52,520 nt of DNA, taken from NCBI GenBank assembly GCA_016618085.1, contig JABLTG010000143.1, positions 1-52,520 of the forward strand, read 5' to 3'. Below the pieces are notes generated by a model, which did no database searches, was not told the DNA's origin, and saw nothing but the letters and a program-made list of their open reading frames with translations. This stretch comes from Neovahlkampfia damariscottae. Taxonomy: Eukaryota. Of this stretch, positions 34,314-44,495 are shown piece after piece. The position numbers and the translations under genes were made by a program. Numbering within the stretch: the stretch's first letter is position 1; every line of letters starts with the position of its first letter.

Positions 34314-36782
34314 ATGGGCAATCAACTGGTGAAGAAATCACAAAATGATTCTTTCCTTGGTTTCCATTGTAAAATTTTAATTTTAGGATCACAAAGCTCC
34401 GGAAAAACAACACTCTTCCATGAAATCGTTTCTCAATTTCCAGAAGAAAAAACAAAAAAATTTCAACTTGCTTTAAGAAAATGTTATTTGGAAGAATTTC
34501 TCTCAAACTTATTGGAAATAACCATAAAAGTGGGTAAAATTTGTACAGAAAAAAAGAAAAACTTTCATTCACCACATGTTGAAACATATCTAAGTTATAT
34601 CTTCAACAATCAATTAGAATGGACTGGAGAAAAATTAAATGAGATAAAGAGTTATTTTCCAGTTATTTGGAAAGAAAAAGCAATGCAGGAAGCTTTTGAA
34701 AAATCTGAATATTTTGACGATTACAAAAAGTTGGAAAAAAAAAAACATTAAATTTTTTTAGTTTTGTTTCGGAGTCAGTTCTTGAAAGAATAGAAATAGA
34801 ATCACAAAATAGAATAGGACACTTTTTATTTTTACCAATGGATGAAGAAATCACAAGTTGTAGGAAGAAAAGTTCTTTTGGTGTGAAAAGAATTCAGTTT
34901 CAGACAACAAGGTCAAATTATGAAGTTACTGATGCTAGAACTGAATATTTAACAAATTTAACTTCTTGGAAACAAGGTATGGTTTTGAAAATTACTAATT
35001 TGTTGGAGATATGCTGAAAACAGATTTGATAGTTTATTTATTTTCCGGAAAAGAAACTGTTGAACAAAAAAAGAAAATGGAAGAGGTATTGAAAGAAAAG
35101 ACATTCAAGAATGTGCCAATTCTGTTTTTACATAACAAAAAGGATATCAATAAGAAAATGGATATTTCACATTTCACATCGAATTTAAAATCTGATTTTA
35201 AAGAATTAGAATGCTGTTTGATTGATAAAAATTCTCTTAGATGGGTGTTAGATTTGATTAAAGAAATGACTCGCAAACCAATTCGAAACACAAGAAAAAT
35301 TTCAAAATCAAAATCATCTGATGTTGTCAAGTTTGAAAAGGAGAAAGAAACACCAATTGTAGTGCTTTTTCTTGGTTCTGGTGAAGTTGGTAAATCAACA
35401 ATGTTCAAACAAATCAAAAAATTCGCCGATGATTATTTCACAGAAAAAGAAATTCAAGTGCTAAGAAATACAATTTGTGCCAATATTCTAGTGGCAATGA
35501 AGAAAATTTTAAAAGTTTTAAAAGATGATAAAGATTGGAACTCGTCGATATATGACGAAGCACAAGTAAAATTGATGAATTATGTGCAGGATCTTGAAAT
35601 GATGGATCTTCTGAAAGCGGAAGATTTTTATTCGGCTGATATCAAAAATCTATTGAAATTTATGATGAAAAATGATGAAAAAGTGAAAGAGATTGTTAAG
35701 TATAATCATAAACATCTCATCAAAGACGGGATTTCTTATTGGATGGATAATTTAGATGAAACATATGATTGGACGGATGCAAACAGATCTGTGATTCACC
35801 AGAACATATTGAGGTAAAAATCATGTTGAAATTAATATTATAAAGTGTTTCTACAGTTACTTTAGGTTTGGTTTGCTTACAAGTCAGATACAAAGGAAAG
35901 CTATTTGATATTTATGATACTGGTGGTCAAAGATCTGAAAGAAGAAAATGGGTCAATATTTTTGATAAAGCGGATGCAATTGTTTATGTCAGTGCATTAT
36001 CACAATATAATGAAGTTTGTTTTGAAGATGAAAGAACAAACAAAATGGTTGAAAGTTTAAATTTAGTTCGTGATTTAGGATACACAAAATCATTAACTAA
36101 TGTTCCATTCTATTTGTACTTAAACAAACAGGATGTTTTGATGAAAGAATTAGGTAAAGATCCAATTTCCATTGCATTTCCAAATTGTCCAAAAGAATTG
36201 AAAATTCAACAGAATCCAAAAATTTTAGAATCTTTATTATTGAAAGATGTTATATCACAATCGACAGATGAACTAAAAAAAACAATGTCATGGATTGAAC
36301 TAAAAAGAGCAGGATCCTTTGATAAATCTAAAAAATCATGCAATAGTCGTAAAACATTGAATGATTTAAGTGATGATGAATTGAGTTATATTTTTGGATT
36401 TTTGCAATACAAAAAAGTTGTTGAAATTTCAGTGGTAAATTCAGCATTCTATGATGCATCAAATAATGATTATCTTTGGAAAGCTGCTTGTTTATCATAT
36501 GATCCTGCATTAAAAGAATCTCAAATTCTTGATGCTTATGATTCAACCAGTCATTTTTCACCTTGGAAACATTATTTTTATGAAGGAAAAAGGTTTTATT
36601 TAAAAGTTAGAGATTATATTGTGAATCAATTTGTTGATAGTTTTAATGATGAATTCAATGAAGATGTTAGAGAATTTAGAAGTATTTATACAACTTCTGC
36701 TGTTGATGATCAATTTTTGAAAGTATTTCAAAATACTTTGGATGATATTTTATCAATTCCAAAAAGAAGATCATTACATTGA
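34314..36782 (+). CDS. Tandem double G-alpha-like protein with an F-box inserted in the second G-alpha domain, 4 exons
   Basis: MGNQ myristoylation motif. Domain 1: GSQSSGKT...NKKD. Domain 2: GSGEVGKSTMFKQIK, DTGGQRSERRKW, NKQD, TSAVD. F-box LNDLSDDELSYIFGFL...WK at 36354-36491. Introns ~34730-34761, ~34977-35008 and 35814-35845. Confidence 0.85.
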
Positions 36783-36905
36783 TAAATTTTTTATTTTTTT
36801 ATAATGTTTTTTTTTGTTCTGTGGAACAATGATCAAGGTAGCTAGTTTGTTCAAAAGAATTTTTGAAATGTGAGAATAAAGTTACTAACAAATAGAGTTT
36901 TGCAC

Positions 36906-37313
36906 AAAACAATGATGATTACCAGGAGGTGTAATTTAAAGTTACGAGATAAACTAACAAATAGAGTTTTGTACAAATAAAATTTTTAAAATTTTATTTC
37001 AATCTAATAACCAGATGAAGTGTGTTTTCTTTTGATATATTATAATCACCTACACTTTTATTGTCTTCCAATTCTTTTCCTGAAAAAATTAATCTTTGTT
37101 GGTCGTATGGAATTTGTTGTTTTGCTTGAATCTTTTTTTTTAAATCTACAATTTTATCACTATCTGTTACATCAAGTGTTAAAGTTTGGTTTGTAATTGT
37201 TTTGACAAAAATTTGTTTGCTGGACATGTTTGTATTATTGGTTGTTGTCTTTTTTGATAAAAATAGAGCACTTTTATTGGTTGGCAGTCTAAAAATAACC
37301 ATCTAAAAATAGA
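36906..37313 (-). repeat. Inverted duplicate of 6457-6863
   Basis: Near-identical to 6457-6863; includes the orphan TVP38 3' end (aacaatgatgattaccaggaggtgtaa). Confidence 0.95.
36994..37227 (-). CDS. Ubiquitin-like protein without GG (copy 2, identical protein)
   Basis: Same translation as 6543-6776. Confidence 0.88.
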   Translation of the reverse strand: MSSKQIFVKTITNQTLTLDVTDSDKIVDLKKKIQAKQQIPYDQQRLIFSGKELEDNKSVGDYNISKENTLHLVIRLK

Positions 37314-37501
37314 TTTCAACTTTGATATTGAAGCGAAATTGGTTTTAGGTTCATGAGAATCTTCCCAATTTTTAAAGAAGAAAAATCTTCTCAATTGTTT
37401 ATGGAAATTTCCATGGATTTTTCCAGTTGTTCCAACCAATCAAAAAACGAAAAACAAGTATAAAAAGCCTATCGTTGTCTGCTTTGAACAAAAAATAAAT
37501 T

Positions 37502-37819
37502 ATGCCAACAAAAAAGCCTTCAACAAAAACACCTTATCAAGGAGACAACAGATCATATGGAAAATTCAAATGCCAATGTGGACAATACTGGGAATCTGGA
37601 AACACTTGGAAGAACTGCTTTCAAAAATGTAAGTCATGCGATAACAAAGTATATCCATTCAACCAAACTCCACTTCAAAAAAATTCCACAACAAAAAAAA
37701 TGCTACCTCACCCTGCACAGCTTTGTGAACAATGCCAAAAACTTGGAAAGTGTTGTTCCAAACTAACCAAACTAAAAAGAAAAAAAACAAAGAAAAAAAA
37801 AAAAGTGAAAAATATTTGA
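37502..37819 (+). CDS. 3CxxC zinc-finger protein (ZAR1 C-terminal/ZCCHC24/RTP type)
   Basis: YGKFKCQCGQYWESGNTW..CFQKCKSC..VYP...PHPAQLCEQCQKLG. Confidence 0.85.
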   Translation: MPTKKPSTKTPYQGDNRSYGKFKCQCGQYWESGNTWKNCFQKCKSCDNKVYPFNQTPLQKNSTTKKMLPHPAQLCEQCQKLGKCCSKLTKLKRKKTKKKKKVKNI

Positions 37820-37870
37820 GAATAAAATTTGTAAATTTCTGTTTTTCATTGGATCATTTGTTTTTTTGGA

Positions 37871-39625
37871 ATGGAGAGAGAAATAAGTAATGCCATCAGT
37901 TCACAAGATTTAAATAAATTGAAAAAAATAGTTGAAAAAGGTGTGAACATCAATCTGAAATATCAGTATCCAGTTGGTTGTGTAAAATAAAACTCAATTT
38001 TTAATTTTTCAAAGGTATCCAAAAACTTTGTTTAATTGTCATTTAGAAAGTAAAAAACACCTCAAAATTCTAAAATTTGCCAGTTTGTAATTCAAAAAAA
38101 AAACTCAATGTTTTTCAGCACGTAAAACAAAAAAAAAATAATTTTTTCAGAACGTTTGATTGAATTTATATTTTTAAACATCATTAGAATGTAATATATG
38201 GTTTTTTTAATATTTTAGAAAGTAATGTCCTTTTTAGCATTTTTAATCATCTTCAGTATGTAGGAATATTTCTATCATTTTTAACAAAGGAAAATATTGA
38301 AGATTGTAAGAATAAGATATTCTTTTCTGATAATAAAAGTATGTAAGAATAGTCAATTTGCATGATTAAAATGGTAGATTGTAAAAATAAATTTCAATCA
38401 GATTAATATTCAAAATTTAGGGTGTAAATCGAACATTAGATTAATGTTGAATTAGTTCGTAAGATTTTTTTTAAAAAAAGTAATTAAATACCAAACTAGT
38501 TTGTAAATTATTTGAAAATTGTTAATACTTAAACTATTAGAGCGTAAGAACTTCCAACAAAAATCTCAAAAATTTCAACAGGTCGTAAGCAACGTTTTTT
38601 GTTTGAAATATAGTATATAAAAGGTGTAGAAATATCAAATGATATGGGGGATTCTATTCCCTGGACACCACTTCAATTTGCTAGTGCATGTGGATATCAA
38701 GTATCTATTTTGAATAATTTAACACAATCAGGATGTCATTGATTTTTTGATTCAAAATGGAGCAGATGAGAAAATAAAAGATAAAGCAAATAGAACCGCT
38801 CAAGAAATAGCTGATTTTCTGCAAAAAAACGTCGATGTTGAAAAAATACCCAAACAAGAAAAACAAAGGAAAAAAGAAGCCAAAGAATTTCATTTATTTG
38901 TAAATAACCCATTCAATAGTTTCAAACAATGGTCAAATCCGTTCGATGAAAATAAAGAACGGTTTCAAAAATATAAAAATATCTACCAAAAATATCTGAG
39001 ACATGAAATTGAACAAATTGATTTGGATAGACTTTTAATGAAGAATTTGGAAAGATCTCAGAATTCACAAATTATTTTCATGTTGAATGATCCATCAAAA
39101 TCACGAAAAAACTACAAAGAAAAATTTTTATTGGAAATTCATGAGTTGAAAAAAAAACCGACTGAATCCCAAGATTTGAAAAGTTTGAAAAGAAGAATTC
39201 GAAATATTCTTGACCAAAAGGAAGACCAATATCCAAATGAAATTGAAGAAATTCTATTGAACAAAACCTATGAAGAATTGTTCAATGAATGGGTCAACAA
39301 AAAATCAGAATTTATGGAAATTTTTGATGAGTTTGTTGGGTTCGAAAAAAAGACAAATTTGAAAATGAGAATCTTAAAAATGATTAAATCTGGTGAGTTA
39401 AACAATATAAATTTCTCAGAGTTCTTTTTTGAAATTGAGAGGTTTTTCAATGTGATATCTGATTATTTTGAAAATTTTACTGGAACAGAACCTGAAGGTA
39501 TGAAACTCTATCTAGAAAATCAAGAATTAAAATCAAAAATATCAGAATTAGAATATTTAATTGATTATTTAAGAGGTAAAAATGATCAAATTCCATTGGA
39601 CGGAGTTTTTTTGGAAGATCATTGA
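37871..39625 (+). CDS. Ankyrin-repeat protein with an array of 3-nt microexons and a C-terminal helical/coiled-coil region
   Basis: Exon 1 (37871-37981): AISSQDLNKLKKIVEKGVNIN. Microexon array 37982-38613. Next exon to 38700: WTPLQFASACGYQ. Intron 38701-38731. Last exon: DVIDFLIQNGADEKIKDKANRTAQEIA... to TGA at 39625. Confidence 0.85.
37982..38623 (+). other. Array of 17 back-to-back mini-introns flanking 3-nt microexons
   Basis: The pattern (T/C/A)AG-NNN-GT recurs 15 times at 31-46 nt spacing; 16 of 17 donors are GTA. Confidence 0.88.
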
Positions 39626-39659
39626 CAAAAAAGAATTTTTTTCAATTGCAAATAAATAT

Positions 39660-41332
39660 TTATCTTGCATATGATTCAACAATTTCCTTCAACCAATTAT
39701 AAGTTGTTTCTGTTGATGAAACTCTCATCTTTTCAGTTGGTGAATGATTTCCGACGATATCAGGTCCCATTGAGAGCATGTTGTCTTTTAATTGTGGAAA
39801 TATTGATCCAATAATACCAGGTTCTAAACCTGCATGAATTGCTTTGATTACTGGATCTTTACCATGTAATTTTCTGTAAGCTTTTTTGGCAACTTCCAAC
39901 ATTGGTGAATTGAAATCAGGTCTCCATCCTTTAATAACATGTTAAAAATAATAAAAAAACTGACCTGGATAATCAGATAAAACTTTGAAAGTTCCTTGTC
40001 CTAAATAAGTAATAGATTTCAACATATTTGCAACATTGAATTTAGCTGTATCAATTGAAGATCTAATTGAGAAGAGAAATGTTAAATGTGATCCTTCTTC
40101 ATAGATTGCAGCAAAATTTAAACTTGTTTCAACTAAGTTTGGAATTTCATTTGACATTTTAACAACACCATGAGGTGAAACTTGAATTAAATTGATGATT
40201 TTTTCAGTGAAGTTTTTAGTGTAAGTTGATGGTGAAGTTGTTGTTGTTTGATCAAAAATCACTTCAAGATCAGGATCATTTGTATGGAATTCTAATAAAA
40301 CATCTTTGACAAATTTGTTGATGATTTTTTTGACCAAATCTTTTTGTGAAGGATTCATTGAGATAATAGCTTCAAATTCTCTTGGGAGAGCATTAGCAGA
40401 TGTTCCTGCACTTAATGAAGTAATTGTGAAATCAACATTTTTTAACATTAAGTATAATAATCTACCCATTAATTTAATTGAGTTTGCTTTTCCTGCATCA
40501 ATATCTTTACCTGAATGTCCTCCTGATAATCCTTTGAGATGGATTTTGAATGATTGAAAATTTGATGGTGCATTAGTTAATTGTTTTCTGAACATCTAAA
40601 AAAGTTTGTTAGATTGTTAGTGAAATTACTGATTCAAATCTTTGACCACCAGCACATCCGATAGTTAATTGTCCATCTGTACCACTGTCTACATTGATAA
40701 GATGTGTTCCAGTGATGAAATTATTTTCGTTTTTCAAATTCATCGCTCCAACAAGTCCTATTTCTTCTTCAACTGTAAATAATAGCTCAATAGGTCCATG
40801 AGAAACTGATTTATCTAAAACAAGTGCAAAAGAAGCAGCCATACCAGCACCTAAAGAGTTTAAAAAAAATGGTTATACCATCATCAGCTCCAAGAGTTGT
40901 TTCTGTAGCAACAACCCAATCCTTTCCTTCAGGTGAAAATGCAAGTTTAAGAGGATCCTTTTCAAAATCATGACTTTTAAAAAAAATTACAAAATTTTGT
41001 TTGTTTTACTTTGAACCTCTATTTTTTTCACAAACCATATCCAAATGTGATTGTATGACAATAGTTGGTTTATTTTCTTTACCAGGTGTAGCAGGTACTT
41101 TAATAACAGAATTTCCGTATTTATCTTCCATATATCTAAAATTGTATTGTTCAGCAAATTTTTTCACGTATAATTCTCTGACTCTTTTTTCTTTTGTTGA
41201 ACATCTTGGAATTTGAGAGAAATCATAAAAATGATTCCAAAATAAAGTTGGTTTTAAATTTCTAATTTCATTATTTGAGCTGACGACAACAGCAGAAACA
41301 CAAAGCAAAACGACAAAAAGTTTTAGAAACAT
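39660..41332 (-). CDS. pepD: Aminoacyl-histidine dipeptidase PepD (peptidase M20C) with signal peptide, multi-exon
   Basis: QSHLDMVCEK, TTLGADDG, FTVEEEIGLVGA, LKGLSGGHSG, IHAGLE, HSPTE; several mini-introns. Confidence 0.9.
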
Positions 41333-41398
41333 TTTGATAGGTGGAAAAAGAATTGGAAGAAATAAATAAAAAAATTTATAAATTTCTTGGTTTCGATA

Positions 41399-43799
41399 TC
41401 AATTCATTTTTGTTATTTTTTGAAGAACTTCCACTACTTCATTCTTATTCACAGGTTTGATTAAAATCTGATCCATTTTCCACTCTTCACATTGCTCTTC
41501 AATCGATTTTGACAAAACATTTCCTGTCAAAGCAACAATAAATACATTCTTTTTCTCTTCATCTTTCAAATTTCTCACAATTTTGGTTGCTTCTATTCCA
41601 TTCATAATTGGCATTGCAATATCCATGAATATAACATCAAAAACAGAATCTAAGTCTTTTACAATGTCAATTGCTTCCTTTCCATTCTTTGCTATTGTTA
41701 CATTGTAAATTTCAAGTGTTTCCAAAAGTTTCTGAAGTGATTTTACAATCAGAGCATTATCATCCACCATAAGAATTTTCAAGTTTTTCTTCAACTTGAC
41801 ATGACCTAAATTCGAAACTTTTTTGTCTGATTTTGATATCAGTTTTAATATATTAGATGGGAGAATTGGGTATTTCAATATTGGAAATTGTGATTTTTTT
41901 TTTGTTGTGATATCAACGAATTTGATGTTCAATTTTTGTATTGGGATGTTTTTTATAGCACTGGATTCACCCATGACTATTTGATTTTTCTCAAAATAGA
42001 TAGAATTGACTTCAATTTTTCTAATATTGGTATGCTTCAAAACGTTGACAATTTGATTCACTAAATTCAAATCGGAGTGTATTACTGAAACATGATGAAC
42101 ATTAAGTTTCATATTTTTTAAATATTCAGCCATTGTTGAATTTTCGATTGTATTTTCAAAAGGAATAGTGAACCAAAATTTTGATCCTTTCCCCACATCA
42201 CTTTCAACTCCAAACTCACCATTCATTAGTCGTAGTAAATTCCTGCATATTGATAATCCCAGACCCCATCCTTTGAATTCCGTTGGTGATAGTTTTTTTT
42301 GAGAAATTTGAATGAAAGGATCAAACAAAGTGTTAATTTTTTTTTTGGAAATTCCTATTCCCGAATCTTTACATTCGAAGTATAGATGATCAAAATCATC
42401 TTCATCTTGGTGTTTTTTCGTTATAGAAACATTAATACTTCCTTCTTCTGTATATTTTATCGCATTTGAGATAAAATTGTTCATAATTTGAAGGATCCTT
42501 GATGAATCACCAAAAAAGTATTTTGGCAATGTGAAATCATAATTTAAGTTCATTTTAAGTGATTTATGTAAACATGATTTTGAGTTCATTTTTATTGAGT
42601 TCTCAACAACTTCTTGAATGTTGAATTTTTGTTTGATGATTTTCATTTCTCCTGCTTCAATTTTTGAGTGATCCAAAATATCCCCAATGACAGACGTTAA
42701 AAATTGAGTTGAATTATAAATATCAACAAGTATTTCTTTTATTTCTGTAGTCAAATTCTTTGAAAGCAAGTTTTCAGAGTTGTAAGAAATAACTTGAAGT
42801 GGATTTCGAATTTCATGTGAAATAGAAGCAATAAATTCATTTTTAGCTTTCAAAGAAGCAATATTTTGAATATTCAACTTTTCTTTTTCTTCAACTTTTT
42901 TCTCAAATGAAACATCTTGAATCAACAATGCAATTTCGTCACGTTTTTTGGTTTTTGAATATTGAATAGTTGCATCAACTACGTACCAAAGTAATTCATT
43001 TTTTTGATTTAAAACCTTCCAATTGTATCTTTGACGTGTTTTTGACATTTTCAATTTTTCAATTTTTTTTTCATTATAAAACGGGAAATCCTTTAAATTT
43101 TTCCCTACCATTTCTTCTTGTTTAATGTTTAAAATACTATTATTTGCAAATTTTATGTTCAAATTTCCGTCTAAAATTACAAATATGCCATGGATGTAAT
43201 CAACTAAATTTTTGTATCTCATGTATTGTTCTTCAACTTTATTTGTCAATTTTGAGACAGAATCTAAAATAACCAAAATGTAAAAAAGTATAAATAGAGT
43301 TAATGTCGATGAATTTAAGCATAATTTGAAGCTGTATCCGCAAAAAAAATACATAGAAAAGGAGCTTTCCAAAACTAACATAAAATATGCAATAACTTTT
43401 GCCTGACCGATTTTGTAGTCGGGATGATATACAGTTAGTGTTATTATTTGAATTAATGTCAAAACCCACGCAGGTAAATCTGAATTTTTACCAATTCCCA
43501 CGTGATACCTTGAAAACAAAAAATTAGAAAAAAAAACTGTTGAAATACAAAGGGATGATGAGAAACTTTTTTACCCAGTGAAATGTTGAATAATTTGGTG
43601 AAAAAAATTCATTGTTAAAGTACCATCTTTGAAATTTGTGAGTCACAAAATCTACAAAATATGCAAACATAACTCCAGAGTTGAAGTCTGAAACAGCTAT
43701 GTATATGAAAGCCAAGAAAAGGCCATAACTATTAAAGTATTTAAGAACAATGCAGATAATGTTTTTATAAGTATTGACTTCATCCTTCGGAGTGTACAT
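41399..43799 (-). CDS. Hybrid histidine kinase 1 (multi-TM sensor, PAS, HisKA, HATPase, REC), 2 exons
   Basis: ISHEIRNPL H-box, NFISNAIKYT, DSGIGI, GWGLGL, receiver FMDIAMP; intron ~43510-43549. Confidence 0.93.
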
Positions 43800-44128
43800 T
43801 TTTTTTAGCTGTGATTGGTCCAAACTATTTCTTAATACTAATAATTTTGAATAACCATTTTTTGTCACAATATATTTTGTTCTTGTTTTTTGACAGAATT
43901 TGATCCATTTTCAATTCTTTCTTTGGTATCTCAATGGATTTAGTTAAGACATTCTCCGGTGAGAGCAAAAATCATACTATCTTTTCTTTTCATCTTCTAA
44001 ATTTCGAATAAAATTTGTTAATTCGACTCCATTCATCAAAGGCATTGAAATATCGAATACTACAAAACTTGAAATCTTTAAAATTCAATAATTACGCATT
44101 TGCCAGAATATTCTAATTATTAACAAAA

Positions 44129-44201
44129 GCCCGGCTAGCTCAGTCGGTAGAGCGTTAGGCTTTTAACCTAACGGTCGCGGGTTCGAGCCCCGCGTCGGGC
44201 T
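44129..44201 (+). tRNA. tRNA-Lys(UUU) copy 5
   Basis: Identical cloverleaf followed by a T-run terminator. Confidence 0.98.
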
Positions 44202-44495
44202 AAAATATTTTTTGCTTTTTGTACTTTCTAAAAAGAGTCGCTGGATCTGCGACAATGAATGTAATTATCATTACTTGTGAGTATATTTTGTAGGGAATTC
44301 AGGAGTAATGTTTTACTACCAATATTTGATTTCTGGAAGAAAAGTTAATTGGAAGGAAAAATACCCATTTTTGGAAACGATCAGCATTTTCCGAAATATA
44401 CACATTCTTTCTTTTTTAAAAGAAGAATTGAAAATTAATCCTCTTCAAAATGATTTGTCACTTTCATCCAACCATATTGCAGCAAGTCAATCAGT

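Noticed and set aside
37977..38221. Phase-1 reading of the first microexon cluster using donors at 37977 or 37980
   Set aside because: These donors (GTT/GTG) fit the local GTA consensus less well, and AAT+AAA would create TAA.
38015..38623. Transposon/introner insertion with an AAAGGT target-site duplication, or a Helitron
   Set aside because: No terminal inverted repeats or 3' hairpin; the periodic AG-NNN-GT structure explains the whole segment better.
14257..44201. Repeated 73-nt sequence as a CRISPR repeat or SINE
   Set aside because: It is a complete tRNA-Lys cloverleaf without tail, target-site duplication or regular spacers. The U73 discriminator also occurs in other eukaryotic tRNA-Lys.
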